Notes: generated by a model from the sequence alone, not told the origin. Positions 26,352-40,336 are shown, numbered from the stretch's first letter. The stretch is DNA of 64,000 bases from Octopus vulgaris (GCA_951406725.2 OX597832.1:57102001-57166000), one strand, 5' to 3'. Made by a program: numbers and translations.

Positions 26352-26582
26352 CAGTTGCATCAGGCTCCAATCTGATGTGGAAATGTTTCTATAGCTGGAT
26401 GCCCTTCCTAACACCAACGACACTACACTCTTAGAGTGGTTGGCATTAGGAAGGGCATGAAGCTGTACAAACAGATTGGAGCTTGGTGAAGCAGCTGGCT
26501 CTCCAGACATCAGTCAAACCATCCAACCCATGCCAGCATGGAAAATGGATGTTAAACCATGATGATGATGATGACAATGACG
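26352..26582. mobile_element. RTE 3' tail (+) preceded by an inverted partial copy of itself
   Basis: 26356-26417 is the reverse complement of ~26438-26490; (GAT)n tail. Confidence 0.75.
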
Positions 26583-27039
26583 ATATATATATATATGGGT
26601 ATTAACCGGTGTTGTTCAAACGAATAGCTTTGCGTAAACCGTTGGTTCGTTTTGTTCTCTTACTTTATTATCATCTTTTAATCATCTCATAATAATGACT
26701 TTTATGACTCGTATTACTACCTCAGTCAATCTAAATGTATATATTTTTCGTTACTTGTCATAAATAGCCTTTTTCTATTTGCAATATGCATTTTCGTTGA
26801 TTTTTCATGTTTTACCCTTACACTTCCACGTGTATTTTATATTTTCTTTTCATAACATATTTCTACTATATATATATATATATATATATATATGAGCAAA
26901 ATACTATATTTATATATATATAGTATTACGATTACAGTGGCGTACACCGGATGAATGGTAATGGTAATCCGTAGGTGTAAAAATCCAGGAATTGTTTATC
27001 CGAGTCAGTCAGAAGGCCGGGGTCCATGTGAGCGTGCGG

Positions 27040-27230
27040 TATATAAAGTTAATCCAAACACGAAAACACAAAGAGAAAACACAACAACGCGAGGACGTGG
27101 AACAAGTATAGTGTTATTGGGCACTCAGGAAAGGAAAGAAAGAAGGAGGATTTAACGTTTCAAGCGGAGCTCTTCATCGGAAACATAGGAGAAGGAAAGA
27201 TCCAAGGAAGGGAAGACGGAGGAAAAAAAT
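27040..27230 (-). mobile_element. PLE-like pseudo-LTR fragment with hammerhead variant at 27150-27184
   Basis: Minus: GTTT-CCGATGA-A-GAGC-TCC-GCTT-GAAA-CGTT-AAAT. Confidence 0.6.
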
Positions 27231-27871
27231 CATTCAAACTGTCTAACCCATGCCAGCATGGAATGCGGATGTTAAACGATTATAATGATGATACACACAT
27301 ATATAAATATATATATATACATATCCATGTGTGTGTGTGTGTGTGTATGCGTGTGTGATATTGAATGCTATTGTATAGCTATATGTACACAGAATGATAT
27401 GACCATTAGAAACCATTACTGAATAGATTTTTGGCATTGTGAAGACTCTTTGGTTTGGTAGCAGACATCATGAATGGCAGGAATACATAAAAGTGAGCTG
27501 ATAATGGAAAACAATATTGTATATATTGTAATTAAAGTGATATAGCAAGCTATAGGATATAAACTCTATGGCTAATTATTCCATAGATGGTTGCTGTCTC
27601 TTGCTGGAAGAAATTACCATTAATAAATTATCAGAATTGTAGAATTAATATCAGGGTATCTTCGGGGAAATGAATTTGTATTCAAGGGTGCAGGTGTGGG
27701 TGTGTGGTAAGAAGCTTTCTTTCAAACCACATGGTTCCGTGTTCAGTCCCACTGTGTGGTACCTTGGGCAAGTGTCTTCTGCTATAGCCTCAAGCCGACA
27801 AAAGCCTTGGGAGTGGATTTGGTAGTTTGGCACTCAGAAACTGAAAGAATCACATTGTGTATGTATATATA

Positions 27872-28174
27872 TATCACCGTGACTGACCAGGCTATCAGAT
27901 GTTGCTACACATCGCTGGTCACAATGCGCTTCGCATTGTTTTAGCTTTCAAATGACGCCACCCAGCTGGCTGAGCGAGCAGGCCAACAGAAGAAAGAGTG
28001 AGAGAAAGTTGTGGCGAAAGAGTACAGCAGGGATTGCCACCACCCCCTGCCGGAGCTGCGTGGGGCTTTAGGTGTTTTTGTTCAATAAACACGCACAACA
28101 TCCGGTCTGGGAATCGAAACTGCGATCCTACAACCGTGAGTCTGCTGCCCTAACCACTGAGCCATTGCGCCTCC
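27872..28174 (-). mobile_element. SINE family C head with alternative 3' part
   Basis: Shares head and body with 15945-16329 but 3' part matches 17745-17866. Confidence 0.8.
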
Positions 28175-28187
28175 ACGTATGTATATG

Positions 28188-28357
<170 letters not shown>

Positions 28358-28733
28358 ATTAGAAGAAAAACGGGGTTAAAGAATCCTGGCAGATATCAAG
28401 TAAGCACTCAGTGTGAAGGAATAATGTTGAATGTCCAACAAGTAGATACCAGTAAATGTCTGGAGAATAGAAATCTCAGGTAAATCCTCAGATAAATGAC
28501 AGATAAATACAACTGTTTTGTAGAATTTTAAACAAACTCAGAGTATTTAACAACAACATATAAAATATACGAAGAAAATCATATCTTTATTTTATATCAA
28601 ACTTAAAAATCCAACAATTTTATTTTATATCATACCTTAAAAATCCAACAATTGTTTCAATTGCATTAACAACAGTGGTGCCCCAGCATGGCCGCAGCCT
28701 TTGGGCTGAAACATTTTAAAGGATTTTAAGAAT

Positions 28734-28770
<37 letters not shown>

Positions 28771-28875
28771 AAATAATACAGGTAAAAAATTGAGAAGATT
28801 CTTTTCTTAGTGGTCAGACTATAGGGAGTTGATTTCTAGCATATGGATGTCCACTTAGTTGTCATCCCTCTTATA

Positions 28876-28915
<40 letters not shown>

Positions 28916-28916
<1 letters not shown>

Positions 28917-29045
28917 AAAATAAGCAACAAGGATATCCAAGGTAGAGTAGTACAATTGTTTCATGCTACTTCATTTTATTAAACCTAATGAAGTAGCATG
29001 AAACAATTGTTCTACTCTCCTTGGATATCCTTGTTGCTTATTTTG
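28916..29045. repeat. ~60-bp inverted repeat (11-nt loop), PLE-like inverted pseudo-LTRs
   Basis: Arms 28916-28975 and 28987-29045 differ by one indel and one substitution; homologous to 22337-22408. Confidence 0.9.
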
Positions 29046-29220
29046 ATTATAATCACCCCATTTGATTTATATGGATAATACCATACAAAATTCTGGTGCC
29101 TTTAACTTAAGTACCATATTCATCTGAATCTATATATATATATATATATATACCGGAGTAAACACATAAATGTGAAACAAGGAGTAAAAAAAGAGTACTC
29201 AAATACCAGTAGTAGAGTAA

Positions 29221-29385
29221 TATGCTTTATTTAAAGCAGCATAAAATTCAACAAAACCTGTTACTCTGAGTTTCCCGTTGCCGTTCATCGGACAGTTTTT
29301 GCTAGAAAAAACTGTCCGATGAACGGCAACGGAAACTCAGAGTAACAGCTTTTGTTGAATTTTCTGCTGCTTTAAATAAAGTATA
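29221..29385. repeat. ~80-bp inverted repeat carrying two opposed hammerhead motifs (29258-29295 minus, 29312-29348 plus)
   Basis: CTGT-CCGATGA-A-CG-GCAA-CG-GAAA-CTC-A-GAG-TA^ACAG; loop ~5 nt. Confidence 0.85.
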
Positions 29386-29689
29386 TATATATATATATCA
29401 TCTAATATAGGATAAAATTTTCAAAAAATTTTATCAGTGGCCAGCATATTAAAAATACCTTTTAAGGTGAAAATTATAAACAATTTATAAATAAGGGCAA
29501 AAGAAAAACATTCCAATGCCAAATATGCCAAGAATAGACTTTAAATCGTCAATAACCACATATAATTCATCCCTAAAAGCACATGCCTCGAAGCAAGGTG
29601 AGAGAAATTTCTAAAAATTTCCGTTATTACTGAATCACACACACACACACACACATGCACGCACACACACACACGCATATAACCAATAT

Positions 29690-29830
29690 TATCAAAATTG
29701 ATATCTTTGAAAATATATATCAACAGAACATCATCAATATAAACCAAATCTGTGAAATTCCAAAGGCCTGCTGAATCTTCTGGCTGAGTATCTCCAAGCA
29801 TTTTGGCAAAGTTTGATGCAATATCCCTGC
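29690..29830 (-). mobile_element. Short decayed LINE RT fragment
   Basis: FTDLVYIDDVLL resembles the RT catalytic YADD segment. Confidence 0.4.
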
Positions 29831-30355
29831 TCAATACATTCAGTCATCTTTGCTTCCCAGCCACATGGTTCTGGGTTCAATCCCATTGTATGGCATCATA
29901 GGCGAGTCCCTTCTACTATAGCTCTGACCACAACATCTTCGATCATCAGTCTATTGGATCACACTGGACTATACAGAACTGAAGTGCAGAGAAGCAAGGC
30001 ATTTATTTCCATCATTTGGGGTCTGTGCGCTCGGAAACTGGGCCTGCAGAGGGTGCAAACATATCTTGGGTGTGGGGAGTGAAAATGCTTTGAACATCCT
30101 CCTGAAAAACTGGGTTTGCAACCACTAAACAAATTTCATTCCCATACTTATGTCGGGGTCCTTGGGGTGCCTTTAACAGAGTCTTATATGCCGCAAGCAT
30201 CAGACTAGGAGTTCAGTCTGGCTTCTGAAAATGGTCACTGGACACTATTCTTCCTCTTTTGAATAAATACAAGAAAAAAATATACATGAAGGCTGGCAGC
30301 GGCAGGGAGCAAAACAACTACAATACACACACATACATGTAGTGTGTATATCATT

Positions 30356-30720
30356 GGAGGTGCAATGGCCCAGTGGTTAGGGCAATAGACTCGTGGTCAT
30401 AGGATCACAGTTTTGATTCCCAGACTGGGCGTTATGAGTGTTTATTGGGTGAAAACACCTAAAGCTCTAGAGTGGTGACAGACCCTGCTGTACTCTTTCA
30501 CCACAACTTTCTCTCACTCTTTCTTCCTGTTTCTCTTGTACCTGTATTTCAAAGGGCCAGCCTTGTCACATTCTGTGTCATGCTGAATCTCCCAGAGAAC
30601 TTTGTTAAGGTTACACGTGTCTGTGGAGTGCTTAGCCACTTGCACGTTAATTTCATAAGCAGGCTGTTCCCTTGATCGGATCAACTGGAACCCTCGTTGT
30701 TGTAACCGACAGAGTGCCAC
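30356..30720 (+). mobile_element. SINE family C
   Basis: Reverse-complement homologue of 15945-16329. Confidence 0.85.
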
Positions 30721-30746
30721 AATATATGTACATATACGCATCTTTT

Positions 30747-31152
30747 ATTTTTTACTTGCTTCAGTCATTAGACTGCAGCCATGCTGGGGCATCTCCTAAG
30801 GGAATTTTAATTAAATGAATCAGTCCAAGCACTTAAAATTTTTTTGTTGTTGTTAAGCCTGGTACATACTCTATAAGTTTCGCCTTGCCGATCGCTAAGT
30901 TACGGGGACGTAAACACACCAACACCGGTGGTGACGGGAGGTGGAAGGGACAAACACAAACATATATGTATATACATATATATAGTTCAAGCTTCTTTCA
31001 GTTTCCGTCTACTAAATCCCCTCACAAGTTTTTTTTTAGCCAGCCCGAAGCTACAGTAAAAGACACTTGCCCAAGGCGTCACGCAGTGGAACTGAACCCG
31101 GACCCATGCGGTTGAGAAGCAAGCTTCTTACCACACAGCCACGCCTGTGCTT
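30747..31152 (-). mobile_element. SINE family B (diverged)
   Basis: Colinear with other B copies. Confidence 0.75.
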
Positions 31153-31429
31153 ATACATATTCAGTACTGTGAAAATAAATCGGTAAGAGCATATGGTTTT
31201 TTTCTTGAAAGAAATTACTATACTTGGTAATGACGTTGTTTACAGTTTCTCGTCTAATATTTATATATTTATTTATTATAATAACCCGCGAGCGCGAGGG
31301 TAATAATGATTATCGGTTACGTTCAGTATTATAATAATAAATAACGTGGCACGTATAGCAAACATTTTAGTGCAATTAGTAACACCAAGGTTACCTCCCT
31401 TTGAACTTATCTCAATTCCTTTCTCGTTC

Positions 31430-32780
<1,351 letters not shown>

Positions 32781-33626
32781 TATCAGAATTTCTGCAATAA
32801 TGCATTTTCTTTTCCATTTCCCTTTCATGCCAAATTCGTTGATTTGTTGTTTTGCTCCCCCCCCCCCACAACAACAACCACAACATCAACCCCCTCCACC
32901 CCATTCCCCCCAGCATCACCCGCTATAATTTTCATTAAATTACAAAATTTGCACAGTTTCAGGACATGATTAATTTGGCTGCAGCACTTTCAAAAATAAA
33001 CATCTCAAAAACATTGCACAAATTTAATAAAATTACTTGCAATATTTATCACATAATTTCTAATATGTTTTTGATTTTGTGTTGTTTTCCGTTTTATATC
33101 TTATTTTCCAGCGAGCATCCTGGAGGTGGCGGTCATAAATGTTAACAGTGACAGCGATGTTCTGTAGATAAATTTACCTTGAAGCTATAAAATTTTAACT
33201 TTTCCTTAAATTCTCTTCTCGGTTTCAACTATTTAAACGTTCCTGTCATTTTAACACTCTTGGTAAAATAAGGAAGTTGCGAAAAAAGAGAAATGAGATT
33301 CGACTTTGATAAGTTGTGCAGTTTTAAAATTATGTGTGTGTGCGTATGTGTGTGTGTGTGTGTGTGCATGTATGTATGTATGTATGTATTTATGTATGTA
33401 TGTATGTATTTATGTATGTATGGATTTATGGATTTATGTATTTATGTATGTGTGTATGTATGTATGTATGTATGTATTTACGTATGTATGTATGTATATG
33501 TGCATGTACGTATTATGTATGTGTGTATGTAAATATGTGTGTGTATATATATATATGTATGTATATACACATTTATGTATACACACACACACACACATAT
33601 ATATGTATGTATATACGCAAATATAT

Positions 33627-35492
33627 ATCATCATCATCATCGTCGTTTAACGTCTGCTTTCCATGCTAGCATGGGTTGAACGATTTTGACTGAGGGCTGG
33701 CGAGCCAGATGGCTGCACCAGGCTCCAATCTTGATCTGGTAGAGTTTCTACATCTTGATGTCCTTCCTAACACCAAGCACTCCGAGAGTGTAGTGGCTGC
33801 TTTTTCGTGCCACCGGCATGGGGGCCAGTAACGCGGCACTGGCAATGACCTTGCTTGAATCTTTTTACATGTGCCACCGGCACAGGAGCCAGTGAAGCGA
33901 TGTTGGTAAGGATCATGCTCGAATGGTGCCCTTTTACGTGCCACGGGTACGGAATCCAGTTGGCTGCTCTGGCAACAATCACGCTCGGATGGTGCTCTTG
34001 GCATCCTACTAGCAGAGGCATAAGTGCCAGTAAGGCGACGCTGGTAAACAATCATACTCGAATAGCCGCTCTGTCAACGATCACACTTGTATAGTGCTCT
34101 TTGCACCCCGCTTGCATGAATGTCAGTCATCGAATTGATTTTGATTTTGATTTTGATTTCACTTGCCTCAACAGGTCTACGCAAGCAGAGTTTAGTGACC
34201 AAAGAAGGAAAGCATAAGTGGGCTGGTTATGCTCCTGGCATAGGCCACAGGTTATGGTCTCATTTGGCTTAACGGGTCTTCTCGAGCACAGCATATTTCC
34301 AAAGGTCTCGGTCGCTAGTCATTTCCTTGGTGAGGCCTAATGTTCGAAGGTCATGCTTCACCACTTCATCCCAGGTCTTCCTGGGTCTACCTCTTCCACA
34401 GGTTCCCTCAACCGCTAGGGTGTGGCACTTTTTCACACAGCTATCCTCATCCATTCTTGCCACATGACCATACCAGCGCAGTCGTCTCTCTTGCACACCA
34501 CATCTGATGCTTCTTAGGTCCAACTTTTCTCTGAAGGTACTTACACTCTGTCGAGTATGCACACTGACATTACACATCCATCGGATCATACTGGCTTCAT
34601 TCCTTGCGAGCTTACGCATGTCCTCAGCAGTTACAGCCCATGTTTCACTGCCATGTAACATGGCTGTTCATACACATGCATCATACAGTCTACCTTTTAC
34701 TCTGAGCGAGAGGCCTTTTGTCACCAGCAGAGGTAGGAGCTCTCTGAACTTTGCCCAGGCTATTCTTATTCTAGCAGCTACACTTTCTGTGCACCCTCCT
34801 TTGCTACTGACTTGGTCACCTAGATAACGGAAGCTATCAACTACTTCTAGTTTTTCTCCCTGGAATGTGGCGGAAGTTGGTCTCTGCGTATTTTCAGTGT
34901 TTATCGCTCCCGAGCATCTGCCACATACTAAACCTATCTTCCCAGTTAGCCTTCCTTTGATATTACTGCACCTCTTATGTGTCCATAGCTTACACTGGGT
35001 ACATCTTATAGAGTTTCTACCTACGCCTCAACTACAGATTGAGCAGGGCCATCTACCTGAAGTGATTTGTGGTTTGCCTGTCTTCCTACTTATTAGGACT
35101 TTGGTTTTAGCTAGGTTGATTTTAAGGCCCTTTGATTCTAATCCTTGTTTCTACACTTGAAACTTCTCCTCTAGTTCTGATAGTGACTCAGCAATTAGAG
35201 CAAGGTCGTCAACATAGAGGAGCTCCCAGGGGCATCCTGTCTTGAAATCCTCCGTTATTGCCTGGAGGACTATGATATATAGGAGGGGGCTGAGGACTGA
35301 ACCCTGGTGAACCCCAACCTCTACCTTGACTTCTTCAGTGTACTCGTTGCCAACCCTCACCTTATTGACAGTGTCCCTGTACATGGCTTGCACAGCTCTC
35401 ACTACCCATTCATCTATCCCTAGTTTCCTCATTGACCACCAGATAAGGGATCGGGGGAACCCTGTCAAAGGCTTTCTCCATGTCAACGAAAG
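33627..35492 (-). mobile_element. 5'-truncated RTE-clade LINE (RT + C-terminal region + 3'UTR + (GAT)n tail), disrupted
   Basis: AFVDMEKAFD, GVHQGSVLSPLL, LLYVDDL, FRYLG, MLHGSETW, RLRWYGHV, GRGRPRKTW motifs; stop at 34269; frameshift and internal stop. Confidence 0.93.
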
Positions 35493-35564
35493 CTAGTTAT
35501 AGGATCTTATCTTTATATATATATATTCATACACGTTAAACGATGATGATGATGATGATGATGA

Positions 35565-35608
<44 letters not shown>

Positions 35609-35651
35609 CTATATATATATATAAAGCACACATGTATATGTATTCTTTTAT

Positions 35652-35841
35652 TCTTTTACTTGTTTCAGTGACCATGCTGGAGCACCACCTTTTAGTCAAG
35701 CAAATCAACCCCAGGACTTAGTTTTGTAAGCCTAGTACTTATTCTATTGGTTCTCTTTTTGCCAAACTGCTAAGTTACGGGGACATAAACATACCAGCAT
35801 CGCATGTCAAGCAATGTTGTGGGGACAAACGCAGAAACACA

Positions 35842-35902
<61 letters not shown>

Positions 35903-36101
35903 TTATATACACACACACATATTTATATACACACACACAATGGGCTTCTTTCAGTTTCCATCTACCAAATCCACTCACAAAGCTTTGGTCGGCCTGAGGC
36001 TATAGCAGAAAACACTTGCCCAAGGTGCCATGCAGTGGAACTGAACCCAGAACCATGTGATTGGTAAGCAAGCTACTTACCATACAGCCACTTCTGCGCC
36101 T
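35652..36101 (-). mobile_element. SINE family B with expanded internal (CA)n
   Basis: Colinear with other B copies. Confidence 0.85.
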
Positions 36102-36134
36102 ATACATGTGTGTATATATATATATATATATGTG

Positions 36135-36208
<74 letters not shown>

Positions 36209-36502
36209 CTCTTTCATTTGTTTCAGTCTTGACTGTGGCAATGCTGGAGCACCACCTTTATTCTGTTAGGAACATAGCAGAGTACAAAATAGAGTTCGTT
36301 CGCATCGAAGTCGAAGGTTTTGTAACTAATAGGGACAGCAATTGAATATCACCTGTAGAAATACAACTGGATCCTATTATAAACCAGGTAAACAATTGTA
36401 TAATAAAATTCTTGTATATATGAAGAACCACATTGTATGGAAATGTGTAGTGATTAAAAAATAACTGTCCTACCATACTCCTTCTTGTTGACTCTATCTT
36501 GA

Positions 36503-36820
36503 TACCAGTGTCGGTGGCACGTAAGCGAACCATCCGAACGTGGCCGTTGCCAGCGCAGCCCCGACAGGCTTCTGTGCTGGTGGCACGTAAAAAGCACCAT
36601 CCGATTGTGGCCGTTGCCAGCCTCGCCTGGCCCCTGTGCCGGTGGTACGTAAAAAGCACCCACTACACTCACGGAGTGGTTGGTGTTAGGAAGGGCATCC
36701 AGCCATAGAAACATTGCCAGATCAGACTGGGCCTGGTGCAGCCTTCTGGCTTCCCAGACCCCAGTTGAACCGTCCAACCCATGCTAGCATGGAAAGCGGA
36801 CGCTAAATGATGATGATGAT
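36503..36820 (+). mobile_element. RTE 3'UTR/tail copy with three internal tandem units
   Basis: Homologous to 33627-33960 in reverse; (GAT)n tail. Confidence 0.85.
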
Positions 36821-37079
36821 ATACTAGAATTGTAACCCTATTTCATTCGGGTCTACTCTGGCCACATTTTAAAGATGAGTAATTTTGCCCTAGAGTCCAT
36901 GCCTTTCAATTGAGCAAACTCAAAGTTGCCATGTAAACTCCCCAGTACTTTTAACATAGGTGTGCAAATTTTCAGGTCAATCCGACCACATTTACTAACA
37001 CTTTTGCCTGCACAACTGCTTGTGAGACAACATCCACCCTTTTCACAAATATGCAGTATATATATATATATATATATAT

Positions 37080-37290
37080 AAAGGGAAAGTTTACGAAAAT
37101 AAACAAAAGATGAAGGCAGGTGGAGTACAAACAAACAAATGTATTAGTATAGCACTCAGGAATAGAAATAGAAAAAGTCTTTTACATTTCGAGCCTACGC
37201 TCTTCGACAGAAAGGGACACAGAAAAAAAAAAGGAGAGAAACAAGGAGAGAAAAAAATCTGTGTAGGAGCTAATGATCTATCATGGCATA
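37080..37290 (-). mobile_element. PLE-like pseudo-LTR with variant hammerhead at 37179-37214
   Basis: Minus: CTTT-CTGTCGA-A-GAGC-GTAG-GCTC-GAAA-TGTA-AAAG; same family as 18518-18682. Confidence 0.65.
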
Positions 37291-37331
37291 TATATCTGTA
37301 AATATAGTATGTGACAATTATTCGGTAGCCA

Positions 37332-37394
37332 TGATAAAACTCTGAGTTTCGGATGTTGGGGCTGAAACCCACGCTGCCATCTCTTCAGTTATCA
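37332..37394 (-). ncRNA. Type I hammerhead motif
   Basis: Minus: TGATAA-CTGAAGA-GATG..CATC-C-GAAA-CTC-A-GAG-TT^TTATCA; perfect 6-bp stem I; inverted partial copy at ~37560-37634. Confidence 0.7.
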
Positions 37395-37723
37395 GGCCAT
37401 CGATATATACTAGTATATATATACTAGTATCGTAACCCGATTTCATTTGGGTCTACTCGAGCCACATTTTAAAGATAAGGAATTTTGCCCTAGAGACCAT
37501 GCGTTTCAACTGAGTAAACTCAAAGTTGTTAAAATGAGATGTCAGCGCTATGGCGCCATGGGTTTCTGCCCCGACATCCAAAACTCAGAGTTTTATCATG
37601 GCTACCAAATAATTGTCACATATTATATTTACAGAAGAATTCCTCTATTTACATAATATCAAGGTCTCTTTCATTCTTTTGTAGTCTTACTATTTCTATT
37701 AATATATATATATAAACTATATA

Positions 37724-37971
37724 TGTGCCGGTGGCACGTAAAAAGCACCATCCGATCATGGCCGTTTGCCAGCCTCGTCTGGCACGTAAAAGGCACCCAC
37801 TACACTCATGGAGTGGTTGGCGTTAGGAAGGGCATCCAGCCATAGAAACATTGCCAGATCAGACTGGGTGTGGTGCAGTCTTCTGGCTTCCCAGACCCCA
37901 GTTGAACCATCCAACTCATGCCAGCATGGAAAGCGGACGCTAAACGATGATGATGATAATGATGATGATGA

Positions 37972-37975
<4 letters not shown>
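37724..37975 (+). mobile_element. RTE 3' tail copy
   Basis: GTGCCGGTGGCACGTAAAAAGCACC..AGGAAGGGCATCCAGC..(GAT)n. Confidence 0.85.
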
Positions 37976-38024
<49 letters not shown>

Positions 38025-38264
38025 TTAGTTAGGGTAAATCCCAGCCATTTCCTCTTGAAACGCTTCTGCTTTTTTCAATATTACAATCCATTGTGTATCC
38101 ATAGTTGGTGCTATATGTGAGTCAAAATACATATGAAAATTGAGAATTATGGAAAAACTATTTTCAGAGTTAATCTATAATGAAATAGAAAAATGGAAAT
38201 CTTTAGGTATCATTTCTTCTCCATTAATGGGAAAAAATAATACCTAAAGATTTCTATGATCCTG

Positions 38265-38342
<78 letters not shown>

Positions 38343-38405
38343 ATATGTGTGTGTGTGTGCATATGCATGTGTGTGTGTGCATATATATGTATATATATAT
38401 GTATA

Positions 38406-38446
<41 letters not shown>

Positions 38447-38449
38447 CAC

Positions 38450-38932
38450 ACAGGGTGTGGTGTGTAAGCTGTTGCCTAAATTATGCAAAAATGAAAATAG
38501 CACTGACATCCCATTTTAACAGAAATATTTACCAAATTTACATAAAAATATCTTGAAATACTAAAGAGTAAATCTATTCAGTAAAATCGCCATTGGTTTC
38601 AACCACATCTTTCAGATGACTTTGGAATCTCCTGCAACTCTCCTGAATGGTTTCTTTGTTTAAGTAGGTGAATGCTGCCTTCAGTTCATCTTTGTTGTTA
38701 AAAGGAGTTTTGTTGGTCTCTTGCTCAACTGTGCCCCACACATAAAAATCAAGGTGGTTGCAGTCTGGGGGAGGCGTAATGTCACCATCACTAGTGATCA
38801 CTCCAAACACCATGATGTTGACTGGATGTTTGATTTGTATCACAGTACATGTCCTTAGATTGCACTGTTCTCATACTGATACTCAAACACTCTAAAATGT
38901 TTGTATTGGAGCTTTTGGTGCAAATACCAAGC
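38450..38932 (-). mobile_element. Deleted DD37D (maT-type) mariner-like relic
   Basis: TIR CAGGGTGTGG; IMVFGVITSDG and DCNHLDFYVWG motifs; same family as 50148-50875 and 59718-60851. Confidence 0.8.
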
Positions 38933-39316
38933 ACACCAAATCTGATGCTTCTTAGGTCCAACTTTTCTCTCAAGGCCCTTACACTCTGTTGAGTATGCAC
39001 ACTGACATTACACATCCATCGGATCATACTGGCTTCATTCCTTGCGAGCTTACACATGTCCTCAGCAGTCACAGCCCATGTTTCCCTGCCATGGAACATG
39101 GCTGTTCTTACACATGTGTCATACAGTCTACCTTTTACTCTGAGTGAGAAGCCCTTTGTCACCAGCAGAGGTAAGAGCACTTTGAACTTTGTCCAAGCTA
39201 TTCTTATTCTAGCAGCTACACTTTCAGCGCACCCTCCCCCGCTACTGACTTGGTCACCTAGGTAACAGAAGCTATCAACTACTTCTAGTTTTTCTCCCTG
39301 GAATGTGGTGGAAGTT

Positions 39317-39320
<4 letters not shown>
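38933..39320 (-). mobile_element. RTE LINE ORF fragment
   Basis: Closely similar to 34495-34880 (SFCYLG, MFHGRETW). Confidence 0.9.
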
Positions 39321-39395
<75 letters not shown>

Positions 39396-39730
39396 TGTTG
39401 TGTTTGGGGAGAGTCATTCTCTTTTGGTGCCCTTCAACTCAACACACTCACTGGTAAAACTTCCACCTCTTTCCCCCCTATTCCTCCAAAACTTCTGCTG
39501 CATCCTGCAACCATTTCAATAGTTTTGACTCTCAAAACTATTGAAAAGGTTGCAAGATGCATCAAAAATTTTTGAAAAATGACAAAAGAAACAAGTGGAA
39601 ACTCCACTGGTTAGCATGTTAAACCACAAAGCACCAAAAGAGAATGCCTCTCCCCAGACACAACAGTATATGCTTCAACACACAAACTCACATAAAGAAT
39701 CTTGCAAACCAAATACAAAAACGAAATATA

Positions 39731-40282
39731 TTGGGCTGTTTGGAAAGTTTGTGCCAATTTTCAAAGGAAAGAAAAAGGTCAATAAATACTTGCCATTACA
39801 TTTTTAATCAACCAAATATGAACCATTTTGTTGCACAATGCGTCTCCATCTTTCCTTTAACTTGAAAATACCCTCTTCCCAGAATTGAGGTAGTTACATG
39901 GCAAAGAATTCATCAAGCTATCTTTTTACATCATTCAAGGAATTGAAATTTTTACCACTAAGACCTGAATAAGTGGAAATCCGAAGGAGTATTATCTGGT
40001 GAATATGGAGGGTGGGGTAACACATCCCAGCTGAGCTGCAGCAATTTTTGTCTGGTTCCCAAAGCATCAAGTGCCAAAAATGAACTTTCTTATCTTCCAA
40101 TTTAAAGGGTTACAGAATTAACCCAAGTTATAGGAACATAAATCTTCTTCCACGAAAAGATAGCTTAAACTGTTTTCTAAATGGAGGTGTAGTCAAATCC
40201 TATTTTATGGACTCAACCATGTTCTAAAATAAGTCGAAAGGTAAGCTACCATAAATTGGCACAAACTTTCCGGACAACCCAA
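39731..40282 (-). mobile_element. Internally deleted mariner
   Basis: TIRs TTGGGCTGTTTGGAAAGTTTGTGCCAATTT / AAATTGGCACAAACTTTCCGGACAACCCAA, TA flanks, LPHPPYSPD remnant. Confidence 0.85.
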
Positions 40283-40285
40283 TAT

Positions 40286-40336
<51 letters not shown>

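Noticed and set aside
34269-35486. RT ORFs as functional genes
   Set aside because: 5'-truncated, frameshifted, internal stop; dead RTE copy
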